Source: Octopus vulgaris (Eukaryota). Taken from it: 64,000 nt of DNA. Positions 29,601-46,335 of this stretch are shown here, piece after piece. The notes beneath the pieces were generated by a model. That model was not told the origin of the DNA. It saw only the letters and a list, made by a program, of their open reading frames with translations, and ran no database searches. Position 1 is the stretch's first letter. Each line of letters begins with the position of its first letter. The position numbers were made by a program, and so were the translations under genes. The stretch spans positions 83,886,001-83,950,000 of the forward strand of contig OX597820.1 in NCBI GenBank assembly GCA_951406725.2, written 5' to 3'.

Positions 29601-29660
29601 CTGCGGCATTCTATTCCTCGTTGGATGATTAGGGATAGCTAGGATATTTAGGAGAGTTCT
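26625..29660 (-). mobile_element. CR1/L2-group LINE: ORF1 remnant, APE endonuclease and reverse transcriptase; pseudogenised and lacking its 3' end
   Basis: ORF1 RLGR..RPRPI; APE LILGDFNAP, LDLVF, SDH; RT GPDGI, NYRPVSLTS, QHGF, LDFAKAF, GVPQGSVLG, LFADD, KDLG, RPILEY; several stops and frameshifts. Confidence 0.92.
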
Positions 29661-29805
29661 TGTCATCTAATATTACTTATTGTAGCCCGATAGGATGGTC
29701 CTTGGTATCTGAAGTTACTTATAGTAGCCCAACGTTAAGAATGTTTTTCTTGTCCAACATTCTAATTTGTTGAGCGTATGTGAAAAGTAATAATAATAAT
29801 AACAA

Positions 29806-29882
<77 letters not shown>

Positions 29883-29895
29883 TGATGATGTTGAA

Positions 29896-29930
<35 letters not shown>

Positions 29931-29953
29931 TAATAAAAATAATAATACTATTA

Positions 29954-30032
<79 letters not shown>

Positions 30033-30041
30033 GTAATAATG

Positions 30042-30104
<63 letters not shown>

Positions 30105-30387
30105 GCCGAAATACTGATATTGGCCAAGCAACAACCAATCAGTTGCTGAAAATCTCAAGACTGAAAGCAGAGACTAAATTTTGCATATTCGTGGCACAAC
30201 ATCAAAGCTTGACTAACAAAATCACCAGGATAATGTTCGTCAAAACGTTCTGACAGTAAAAGCATATTCTGGCCAACCAATATATACGTCTTGTCATCTA
30301 GAGCTTCTCTGCTCTAGATGACAGGATGACACTCGGCGAAAAATAGAAACAGAATTGAAAGAAAATGCTAATGAAAATAACGACGAC

Positions 30388-30469
<82 letters not shown>

Positions 30470-30522
30470 TTGATGATAATGATGATGATGTTGATGATAA
30501 GGATAATAATATTACTAATAAA

Positions 30523-30602
<80 letters not shown>

Positions 30603-30603
<1 letters not shown>

Positions 30604-31564
30604 CTAATACCACCTAATAAATATTATCATGCCACCTAATAAATATGAAGAAGAAGAAGAAGAAGAAGAAGATGAAGAAGCAACAAAAGCTATAAAACAA
30701 ATGAAATCCAAACTAAAAATAGAACAGCAACGAACCATGATAAAACGATGGCAAGAAAAGCCCCTTCATGGTAAATACTGGACTAAACTAAACGCAAAAG
30801 AAATAGACAAAGAAAAAATCCCAGCAATGGTTGAGAAGCTCAAGTCTCAAAGCGGAAACAGAGGGATTTTTAATTGCAGCACAAGACCAAAGCCTCCCCA
30901 CCAGAAATTACCAAAAACATGTAATGAAAAGAAATATTACAAGTAACTGCAGAATATGTGGAAATGGACAAGAAACAATAAATCATATTATCTCTAGCTG
31001 CCCAATCCTGGCTAAGAAGGAATATATTCATAGACATGACAGAGTTGGACCCTACATACATTGGAAGCTATGCAAACATTATGGAATAACAACAGAAAAA
31101 AGATTGTATAGGCACACACCAGAAAAGGTCACAGAAAACAAGAAAGCAACCATACTCTGGGATATGCCGATACACACAGATAGAGAAATTAAGGCCAACA
31201 GACCAGATATAGTTGTCAGAGATCATGAAGAAAAAAATGCTTTCTAATTGATGTATCAATACCGGCAGATGACAACGTGTCTCTAAAAGAAATGGAGAAA
31301 CTCTCAAAATACAAAGACCTGGAAATAGAGGTAACTAGAATGTGGAATCTGAACACAGAAACAATTCCTATCATAGTAGGTGCATTAGGCATGATAAAAC
31401 AAATAACATACAGAAAATTGCACTACTAGGCACTGCACACATCCTACGCAGAACACTTTCCATACAATAACCATCAGAGCATCACAACAAATCACAGCAC
31501 ATACCCAAGGCCCATAGAGCTGCGCTCGGTAGTGAAGTGAACGCACGCTATAAAAATAAAACTA

Positions 31565-31567
<3 letters not shown>
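30603..31567 (+). mobile_element. 5'-truncated R4/Dong-like retrotransposon (CCHC knuckle + restriction-like endonuclease + 3' UTR) in (TAA)n
   Basis: WQEKPLHGKY, AETEGFLIAAQDQSL, CRICGNGQETINHIISSC, RHD, NRPD; 3' end aataaaactactg(aat)n; frameshifts. Confidence 0.9.
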
Positions 31568-31643
<76 letters not shown>

Positions 31644-31657
31644 AAAATAATAATAAT

Positions 31658-31870
<213 letters not shown>

Positions 31871-31896
31871 TAATAATGATAATAATGATAATAATG

Positions 31897-32540
<644 letters not shown>

Positions 32541-32600
32541 ATAACAATAATGATGATGATGATGATGATAATAATAAAATTAATAATAATAATAATAATA

Positions 32601-32781
<181 letters not shown>

Positions 32782-32794
32782 TGATGATGTTGAA

Positions 32795-32826
<32 letters not shown>

Positions 32827-32849
32827 TAATAAAAATAATAATACTATTA

Positions 32850-32937
<88 letters not shown>

Positions 32938-32946
32938 GTAATAATG

Positions 32947-33024
<78 letters not shown>

Positions 33025-33307
33025 GCCGAAATACTGATATAGGCCAAGCAACAACCAATCAGTTGCTGAAAATCTCAAGACTGAAAGCAGAGACTAAATT
33101 TTGCATATTCGTGGCACAACATCAAAGCTTGACTAACAAAATCACCAGGATAATGTTCGTCAAAACGTTCTGACAGTAAAAGCATATTCTGGCCAACCAA
33201 TATATACGTCTTGTCATCTAGAGCTTCTCTGCTCTAGATGACAGGATGACACTCGGCGAAAAATAGAAACAGAATTGAAAGAAAATGCTAATGAAAATAA
33301 CGACGAC

Positions 33308-33392
<85 letters not shown>

Positions 33393-33445
33393 TTGATGAT
33401 AATGATGATGATGTTGATGATAAGGATAATAATATTACTAATAAA

Positions 33446-33502
<57 letters not shown>

Positions 33503-33507
33503 AATAA

Positions 33508-34726
<1,219 letters not shown>

Positions 34727-34743
34727 TAATAATGATAATAATG

Positions 34744-36199
<1,456 letters not shown>

Positions 36200-36226
36200 A
36201 TAACAATAATGATGATGATGATGATG

Positions 36227-36287
<61 letters not shown>

Positions 36288-36313
36288 TAATAATGATAAT
36301 AATGATAATAATG

Positions 36314-36407
<94 letters not shown>

Positions 36408-36419
36408 TAATAATAATAA

Positions 36420-36650
36420 TTCCTATCACAGCTATGATAAAAAAAATATTCAGACGCGCATAACGAAAACATCAAGATTAACAAGTATATATAACATACA
36501 GAAGATAGCACTACAAGACATCGCATACATCCTACGTAAAACACTTTAAATACAGTAAAAATAAGAGAATCACAAGACCACAGCACATACCCAAGGCACA
36601 CAGAGCTGTGCTTAGTGGCGCAGTGAATGTACGTGATAAAAATAAGACTA

Positions 36651-36655
<5 letters not shown>
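36420..36655 (+). mobile_element. Short 3' end of an R4/Dong-like element
   Basis: NIQKIALQDIAYILRKTL* then the cacagcacatacccaaggc..actactg(aat)n tail, as at 31.5 kb. Confidence 0.8.
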
Positions 36656-36740
<85 letters not shown>

Positions 36741-36773
36741 CATAATAATATTAACAACAACAACAACAAAATA

Positions 36774-37322
36774 TGCCCTGATGCAGTACCAGGCAGTGAC
36801 TCTCATGACCTCTCTTCTGAACTGATTGGATGTGCTATCATGTACATTGTTTTTATCATGGTATAGAATATGGTCTACAACAAATATTCCACTGAATATC
36901 ATCGATTTGCTTATTAGTTGGCTGACCATAAGAATTAGAGCTTGTCCCTTAATGTCTGAAGATATGTGCGTCTCAGATCACGAGCAGAAGTAGGGGGCGG
37001 GCATCATAGCCATGTGTTGATATGAATCATTTTGGGGTGTGTATAATTCAACTTTGGAAACACGGCTGTTTTGTTCATCATCCTCAAACAGCCCTTATTC
37101 AGGAATTTGTTGAGCGGGATGGGCTCGTCGACCTGAAGAAAATTCTAACTGAACCTCACCTTCAAGAGCATGCGCTGTTTAGCTTGATATGATATCACCA
37201 TGTCACGCATTTGTGGTTGTGATGCATGTGCTTGGTGTATCCTCATCAGACGGATGGTCATGATGGGCTTCGTATAATTTACGCCAGTGTTAATTTGATG
37301 GCATGCACTGCTCTTTTAGTCA
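36774..37322 (+). mobile_element. Diverged full-length copy of the ~510-bp element
   Basis: tgccctgatgcagtaccaggc ... gcactgctc; retains segments deleted in copies 1-3. Confidence 0.8.
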
Positions 37323-38447
37323 ATAATAACATTTCAAAATTTAGGTCCAATGCAAGCAATTTTCAGAAGAGGATAAGTTGATTACATCGATTCCTGCGAT
37401 TAGCTGTTACTTTATTCATGGACCCGAACGGATGAAAGGCAAAGTCGATCTCAGCGGAACTTGAGCTTAGAACATAAGAGTAGGCGAAATTCCACTAGGC
37501 AACTGGAATCAATATTTCTTCTTAGAATTAAGGGAGAACTGACTAAATTTTACTCTAAGTTTCGCTCAATATTTTGTGATATCAATGATTCGGATCTCAT
37601 AACTATATGACTCTTTTACGATTGTCAGATCGCCGCCTCAAATAAATACTCACACACAAAAACAGGCACCCCACCACACACACACATATATATATATACA
37701 CACACACATATAATATTGAGGTCATTTAATGTAAGTATCTTTTTCGCAACGAACCGACTTACAAAATGGCATCTTGGAAAATCTCAGGACGAAAATCAAT
37801 GAGTTTGTTTTCACCTTGCACTTGGCGTACTCTATTCTTCATCCCGCTCAGATAAGTACTATTATAATACGCATCATTAGAATTTTCTAGAATAATTCTT
37901 CTCATTATAATCCAAGAAACTGGAACATGGCCTATGAAAAATGGGCGGCCATAATCGATCAGAGCTGTTACGGATTCTTTTCACTGGCAGAAGAAACACA
38001 ATTTCCATTTTCTGCATTAGATTGAACGTAAATTTATATTCAAAATAATTCCACTTCTACTAATCTCGTTTTTTTCTCTACACAATTAACGAATATGAGA
38101 AACACCATAACGAGATATTTTCGTACATCTTCCGTAGCTTATGCTTTGGTTAAATATTTCCTGATATCTCTCTCCGGCTTCATAGAGCGTTACTGTCGTA
38201 TAAGCAATTCTCAAGAGTTTCGTACATACAACTTTAAAAAAAAAACGAAATAGTCTTAAACGAACAATCAATATTTCACAAATGAATGCAAATTTAAGTT
38301 CTCCATAATTGATAACAGAATTTAAAAAAAAAACCTCATTTATCGTATAATTTATCGTGTCATAAACTCAAATTTTCAATTCCTTAAAGAAAAAATACTA
38401 AGCAATAATCATTTTTCGCAACACGACTCTCTCACTTACAATTATGC

Positions 38448-38520
<73 letters not shown>

Positions 38521-38738
38521 GTTTATGAGAGGTAATGGTGTCATTGAGACCCAAAGGTATCAGGTAATGTTGAGTAAATGCTATGGATAGACCATAGTTA
38601 AGTTCCGGGTTCAGTGATTATGCGAATAAGTGGTTCAACGTCGGTCAAATATCAGCGTGTGTATATATATATATTTTTTGTAATGAGATTGAAAAAAACC
38701 CAAGGATATGTAGATTTTAGAACATTTATATATAGAAT

Positions 38739-38786
38739 GTCTTACAACTGTTTCTAGGATATTTATCATATCCCTTCATCGGAGAC
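38739..38786 (-). ncRNA. Minimal type-I hammerhead ribozyme motif with one core substitution
   Basis: GTCT-CCGATGA-AGGGATAT gataa ATATCCTA-GAAA-CAGTTG-TA-AGAC. Confidence 0.6.
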
Positions 38787-38858
38787 GGTATGTGCAGATG
38801 CTTAAGCAATAGTTAATTTAGATAAGATACTATTTCGTATCTTATCTAAATTCGTATC

Positions 38859-38978
<120 letters not shown>

Positions 38979-40592
38979 TGTGTATATATATATATATACA
39001 AGTAATGAGTAACTACATGAGTAACTATATCGTTAGAAAATAGAAGGCAAAAAATACTGGTATGCCATTGAATTTCGAAACTGGTACCAGGTTGACCAGC
39101 ATTTACTTGTTCTGACCCAGTAGATATAAAACATTATTATTGTTATTCACTGATATATTTCCTATCATGTCTGTAATAGATTTGTGACTATTCGGTGCTG
39201 TAGAAGTATTTTTTGAATTCTAATTTTTCGCGATATAGGTACACATGTAGTACCATTGGATATATATGTACATATCTAATATCGTAAGCATGTATTTTAT
39301 TAATTTGCCTATACGGTTGATAATTCGCTTGCCACTCGTGATGGCGTTTTAATAATATCCTCCCTATATATATATATATATATCTAAAGCGCCGGCTTTT
39401 GCCAAGATTCTGTGTTAGTCAGAGTTCTTTCCAAAGTGACCTTTGCCGAAGTAGATTTCGCAAAAGGTAGAATGAGTAATATACTCAAACTAGTAAGTAA
39501 AAAACGTGCTTAGAACAGATGCTAAAGTTTAGCAGCCTGTTATCGTCCTAACTTTGCATAGAGCAAAAGCAGGTAACAAATAAAGAGAATAACACGGATC
39601 AAGTTCTATGAAGAAATATCTTGCCTACTCATAACCAGCATGATTTTCACATGGGAATTATCTACATCAAACAGCTTCTGCATCATCAAAGCGTTGAGTT
39701 AAAGCAAATACTAAAGTAATCAAATGTGGCAGAAGTATGGTCTGACTTTGTGAAGCCAATTGACTAAGAGAAGCTATGAAACATAAGATAAACTGCGATT
39801 TTTGGACCTAAATGTAAAACGTGGGAAATAGCATCACGTTTTCTTAAATGTTAGAGTTCTATCAAACAGCCGTGTGTACTTGTTTTAGATGGTTGCTTCC
39901 GAGAGACTGTGTATTTGAGTTTCCATTAGGGTGTGCGTGCGAGTATTTATGCGTGTATTTATTTGCGGGCGCGACTTTCATATTGCTGTAAATTTTGTTG
40001 TGTATACAGTACAAATGCTTTTGCGGGGTATCATAATAAAAGCTCGTTCCAATTGATGCTCTTCTTCTCTGTCTTTTATTTATGTTTTACAAAGTTCCGT
40101 AAGCACATCCGTCTCTGTTGCAAAAATAACCACTAAGTATTTAATACGTACACACAAAGTGTAGATAGTCATTTATAACAAGAATCCTTTCTCCGACAGG
40201 TATTAACATTACACGTAAGTGAATGCAAAATATGACCACAGATCTAAGACTAAAACGGTGCAATTTTCCTTCGTTATAACGGCACATTTCTGGACAGAGA
40301 ACTAAGAAAGCAGCGACTACATTCAGTGTATTGATTTATGTTTCTATACTTACTACTTTGTATCTCTAAAACTCAATCTTACCCATCATTGATTTGGCAT
40401 AGATTTCTTTCGAAGCCACAAATATTTATATCGATCAGAAAAAGTAAAGCTTATTCTCCAAATCTTGCTTCAGATTCTCCGAAATAATATAAAAGCTGTC
40501 TAAGTGTTACTAGATCAGTTCGACAGATTACCCACACTGTGCAACGTATACATTTAGAAAAGAAATTTTAATTCTGATGAGGTTCATATATA

Positions 40593-40661
<69 letters not shown>

Positions 40662-40844
40662 AGGGCTTAGTAAAATAAAATAAATTACTTTGCCACATAC
40701 TGAACTTAGTAGAAATAGCAGCCCAAAAAAATTTTTCTTTGCATTTCTACTACTTAAAGAAAATTTCTCTCAGATAATGTTTACTCCAGACAGCTCACGA
40801 AGGTTTGGGGTAAATACAGAAAAATATCACAAGTACATAGATCG

Positions 40845-40907
40845 TTTGAGTACGTCAACGTTTCAAGATTAGCCAAATAAAATCAGCATTTCTTTCGTCA
40901 GCTCAAA
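40845..40907 (-). ncRNA. Type-I hammerhead ribozyme (intact core)
   Basis: TTTGAG-CTGACGA-AAGA..TCTT-GAAA-CGTTGACG-TA-CTCAAA; predicted GUA cleavage between 40851 and 40850. Confidence 0.8.
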
Positions 40908-41056
40908 ATTTCTTAATTTGGATTTGGAAACACTAAAAAGAAGGAACTTTACCTATCAGCGAACTTGTCGCTTCAGATGTCGGTTCATCTGAAGCGACAA
41001 GTTCGCTGATAGGTAAAGTTCCTTCTTTTAGTGTTTCCAAATCCAAATTAAGAAAT

Positions 41057-41119
41057 TTAGAGCTGACGAAAGAAATGCTGATTTTATTTGGCTAATCTTG
41101 AAACGTTGACGTACTCAAA
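41057..41119 (+). ncRNA. Type-I hammerhead ribozyme (mirror copy, one stem-I mismatch)
   Basis: TTAGAG-CTGACGA-AAGA..TCTT-GAAA-CGTTGACG-TA-CTCAAA; predicted cleavage after 41113. Confidence 0.75.
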
Positions 41120-41401
41120 CGATCTATGTACTTGTGATATTTTTCTGTATTTACCCCCAAACCTTCGTGAGCTGTCTGGAGTAAACATTATCTGAGAGAA
41201 ATTTTCTTTAAGTAGTAGAAATGCTAAGAAAAATTTTTTGGGCTGCTATTTCTACTAAGTTCAGTATGTGGCAAAGTAATTTATTTTATTTTACTAAGCC
41301 CTAATTATATAATGTAATATTTTGAATTCGCCTTAAATGGTCCTTTTACATACTGAACACTTGGTGAAATTGATTAATTAATTACTTTTACCCTCAATTG
41401 T

Positions 41402-41456
<55 letters not shown>

Positions 41457-42333
41457 TATGCGTGTGTGTGTGTGTATACACATACATGCATATGTATAAG
41501 CATACACACATATATAGTTATATTTATATAAGAAAATGGAGCAAAATATATAGTGGATACTAATTTTATTTGTATGACACGATAAAAACATAGTAAATCA
41601 TTTATTACAGTTAAAATTAGAAGGAATATAAATTGATGGAATAAAGGCGTAAAAAGTGCCTACACATGTTTCAATCTGATAATTCGATAAACAGAATTTC
41701 AGATCCGCAGGATTCAGACCATGTTAAGAGTTTCAGATTGAAAAAATAGGTTAAACAAATATCATTAGGGCTGTTTACTGCAAAAAGCTACTGCTTATAT
41801 ATATTTTCAAAGGAATTCGAATTGGTTGGGAAAGCATACAGAATAAGATGGATGAGGGCTGCATATTGATATATCCATGTAATGTAAACATTAAGTTAAT
41901 GATAAAGATGGGTAACAGGGGAGGCATTAGCAAGAAAAATCATGCTAAAAGACTATGAAGGATTCGAAAATTAGACGGTTATAGGTATTGGGGGTGATTA
42001 TGTAATCAATTAAAAAGGGTATAGTCCTTTAGTAGTAGTGAAGGACATTATGTAATTAGGATAAGATGTTGTGAAGACGTTAAGTATATAGAATAAATTA
42101 AAGAAAAGGTGAAGGGTAAGAAAATACAAATATAGAGGGGAATATATTTTATCTAGGGGGGAAAATAACGAAATGGAAATAAAATAGAGGGATATTATTT
42201 AATTGCATATAAATATAACTATAAATTAGAGTGTTTGTCACTATATATTGCGAAAATTCTCTCAATATATCATCGATAAGAGTAGTTTCCCTAAAGAGAA
42301 ACTTATATCCTCCAATATAATATAATTATATAT

Positions 42334-42733
42334 AGATGTTTATTTACTTTGCCGGTTTCACTCTTTGGAAAAAGATTATCAAAAGTAACATGTAGACGTA
42401 TGTTTGCGTTAATTATTGGTTGTTACAAATTGCTACATTACATATATACACTCGTTGGTAACAAGGACATGTTAAGGACATAAAAAAGTTTAACAAGTTC
42501 CTTAAAATATTGGGCACAAAAGATATGATTATTTATGTAGTAATCTTTTGTGCCCAATATTTTAAGGAACTTGTTAAACTTTTGTATGTCCTTAACATGT
42601 CCTTGTTACCAAAGACTGTATATATGTAATGTAGCAATTTGTAACAACCAATAATTAACGCAACCAAACTTCTACATGTTAATTTTGACAATATTTTTCC
42701 AAAGACTGAAACCGGTAAAATAGATAAACATCT
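42334..42733. repeat. 400-bp palindrome (191-bp arms, 18-nt loop) with a decayed hammerhead motif in each arm
   Basis: Symmetric about 42533/42534; GAAACCGG(T/C)A near each outer end. Confidence 0.9.
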
Positions 42734-42762
42734 TTTAAATCTGCATTTTCAAACCTTCTTTC

Positions 42763-42833
<71 letters not shown>

Positions 42834-42908
42834 TATATACATATATATATTCATATAGAGAGATATACATACATATTTACATACATACCTACATACCCAC
42901 TTTCATAA

Positions 42909-42963
<55 letters not shown>

Positions 42964-43089
42964 TAAATTAGAGACAAAACCACTATTAGGCAAATCAAAC
43001 AATGAAAAACTTAATCCAATACATAAGATTATTTAATTTATATTATTTAAATATATAACAAAATTATTAAAAAAATATAATTAATATCA

Positions 43090-43153
43090 CACTACGATCG
43101 TTTCATGCCTGCTAACATCTTCAAATTTTTGAGTCGCAGTCATTCATCAGGTG
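43090..43153 (-). ncRNA. Minimal type-I hammerhead ribozyme (intact core)
   Basis: CAC-CTGATGA-ATGACTGC..GCAGGCAT-GAAA-CGATCG-TA-GTG; palindromic stem III ACGATCGT. Confidence 0.75.
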
Positions 43154-43524
43154 GTTTAAATATCTGCTAACATCTTCAAATTTTTGAGTCGCAGTCATTC
43201 ATCACGTGGTTTAAATATATTTACGTTGAGCTGGTAATATATATATGCACACACAGAATTAAAAAGGATTGTAATAATAGATTACGAAGGATATATCATA
43301 AACAATTCATGATTTATGAATATATTAAGGGCTAAATATGTATTCATAAATTACGTACAAAAAGATTGTTTATAATTATGAATAAATCACAATTACAATG
43401 CAGAGCGTTACAGAAACCCTTACATGTTTAGAAATAGCAGTAAAAACCACTATAGACCACCATTAAACAAGAAACTCTTTCCGTTATAATTGTAATTTAG
43501 TCATAATTATAAACACTCTTCTTT

Positions 43525-43598
<74 letters not shown>

Positions 43599-44094
43599 TG
43601 TGTGTATGTATATATATGTATATGTATATATAATAATTCTAATAATAATAATAATAATAATAAAAAGAAAAATATGTCCACAAAAGAACGAGACCGTGGT
43701 ATTAGAGAAATAGAAGATTGTTTATATATGTTATAAATTTGAATAAACAGTCAAATTTTGTAATTATAGTACTCAGAGTTTCGTATGCCGGATTGAAGAG
43801 CTACGATATAATCTCGTCGGCTATTAATGGCAACAGAAGCTACAAAAAACCGTTAAATATAAGAGAAGTAATTCTAAAAAGTGGAAAAAGAAAAGAGAAA
43901 CAGGATTTAAACGTTATTATTAATTTATATAAAATATACATATAAAATATACACACTACCATATCCTCCCAATACTTCGACATAAACCGCCCGGGTTTAC
44001 AAGGTTTACATACGTGCACGTACAAAGATATATGTATGTACGTAGTCATATATACACACATATCCACACACGTGTGTGTATATTTATACTCACG

Positions 44095-44191
<97 letters not shown>

Positions 44192-44474
44192 CCAAGGCTG
44201 ATTCTAAGTATCAATAATTGTATTTAGTAGCATCTCGCTTTCTTCCTACTTAAATAAAATGTATTTATAATGAATTGCTTTATGCAAGAACATTCCTTTA
44301 TGACACAGCAAAAAGTACGTATTTAAATGCGCACGCACATTTTGTTTGCGTATATAACAAATACTGAGTGTGAAATGTTCTGAAAGTGTTTCACGTTTAT
44401 GATTTTTATGGTGTTGTTGAGGGATAGGAAATGAATTTGATAATCAGTTTATGATGTATGCAAATTGGATCATT

Positions 44475-44835
44475 TACTTTTTTTTCAGTCATTAGACTGT
44501 AGCCGTGCTTGGACACATCCTTGAACAATTCTAGTTAAACAGCTGAACTCCAGTACATTTTTCAAAAGCCTGGTACATATTTGATCGACCGCTTTGCCGA
44601 TCTGCTAAGAGCAGAAATCTAACCACAAGACAGACGATTCTCGAGTGTCAGTGGGGAAAGAACACGGTCACAAAGACACATGGATACGTTCGATTTGCTT
44701 CTTTGAGTTTCTGTCTGCCTAATTCACTAAGAAGGCTTTCGTCGATTCAAGGCTATAGGAAATGTAGAGGACACTTGCCCAAAGTACCAGACAATGGGAC
44801 TAAACGCAGAACTATGTGGTTGGAAAGTGAATTTC
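44475..44835 (-). mobile_element. Decayed Octopus SINE (family of 52465-52882)
   Basis: cagtcattagactgtagccgtgc and gacacttgcccaaagt..gggactaaac blocks. Confidence 0.7.
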
Positions 44836-46231
44836 TTTCGAGGAGATGAATCAATCTAATCTTCCCAAAAGCAAATTTAAATATAACATTGGTTGATTTA
44901 TATCCCCGATGATCCACTAGCGGAAAATATATAATTAAGTAAATGTTAATTATCAGATGATATCAAGTATTTAACAGATAGCCAATAATGAATTACCCTG
45001 AGATGATTATAACAGCAATCAGGTTTCCATCAAATCATACACTACATGCTCAGACAATAGAGACTTAGATAATATAAGTCGGAATATTGAATCAGACTGT
45101 ATTATCTAGGAAATTATGATGATGGAATATTATTATCAAGGATGGTATTAGGTAGAATATATGACCAAAGAAATTATATTTACGATTTCATTAGTCACAG
45201 AGACAGTGAATTCGAATAAGGTGCTGTAAGGGTAATCTACAGTAAAATCCGCCAGTGCGACAAGCGTAGATGGTATTACTCTTACATTATAATACGATAC
45301 AAAGTAAGTATTTGAAAGAGAATATTTTGCCATGTGATATTATTTCACCAGAAAGAATGATTGTAGAATAATTTGTTCATAAAATGAAAATCCGTTGCGC
45401 CGATTTTCACCGATAACTGTAATATAAGTAGATTTCTCTGCGCGCTGACCGGAAGAGTAATTCATAATTGTCAAATATAATAATAGGTGTATAAAGTATA
45501 CTGCTATATATTAGAATGATCTTGCTTCATATATCTATATTCAATTTTTAGCACGATAACGTCATGCGAATTCTTTATGCAGTATTTATTGACTTGATAA
45601 TATCGCATGCAATGCTATATATATATATATGTTAACGTAAGATGAATAGTTTCACTCATTATAAAAATGACAATATGAGAGAGATTAACTCGTTGCTAAC
45701 ATAAAAAGACCTGATGCATTTCACTATCAAAAAGAGTTGGGATAGTTTATATTCGAAGAAGCTAAACAGTTTGCTTTTGTAATACGACGGATTTTGAGTG
45801 AGACATTTTAAAATATATAGAACGTTACATTAAAGATATTCATACTATTTAAAGTATGATGTCATCTTAAAGCAACATAGTGTTGGATTCCTGTTTGCTA
45901 CAGCCTTCCAGTGAATATAAATACCCATGTGACTTACAATGAGTTTCCCCGAGGGAAGTAACTCGTGTGCATAGAAACCACACAAGTATTTCTACACGGT
46001 CGCTCAATAGAATTTATTTTAATTATGTCCTGGTGTGTTAAAAGACGAAAATCGAGATTGAAAAAGATAGATGACGATATATATCGTCATGCTGGACCGT
46101 TGAACTCTGCGCATTATATTCTCTCATCATTTTCTCCTCTTAATCCCTTCTGTATAAGACCTATGTTCGAAACGTAAAAGACGTTTCCGTTTGCCTCGAG
46201 CGTTAAACTATACTTGTCCGCGTCTTTTGTT

Positions 46232-46314
<83 letters not shown>

Positions 46315-46335
46315 GTATAAATATATTTATATTAG

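Larger units (their letters stand above)
40659..41305. repeat. Near-perfect 647-bp palindrome (~320-bp arms, 6-nt loop 40980-40985), probably derived from a Penelope-like element
   Basis: Arms read as reverse complements with only a few mismatches or indels; flanked by (TA)n. Confidence 0.95.

Noticed and set aside
40200-40214. 15-nt microexon candidate (ccgacag|GTATTAACATTACAC|gtaagt)
   Set aside because: Such matches are expected by chance in 64 kb; no supporting gene model
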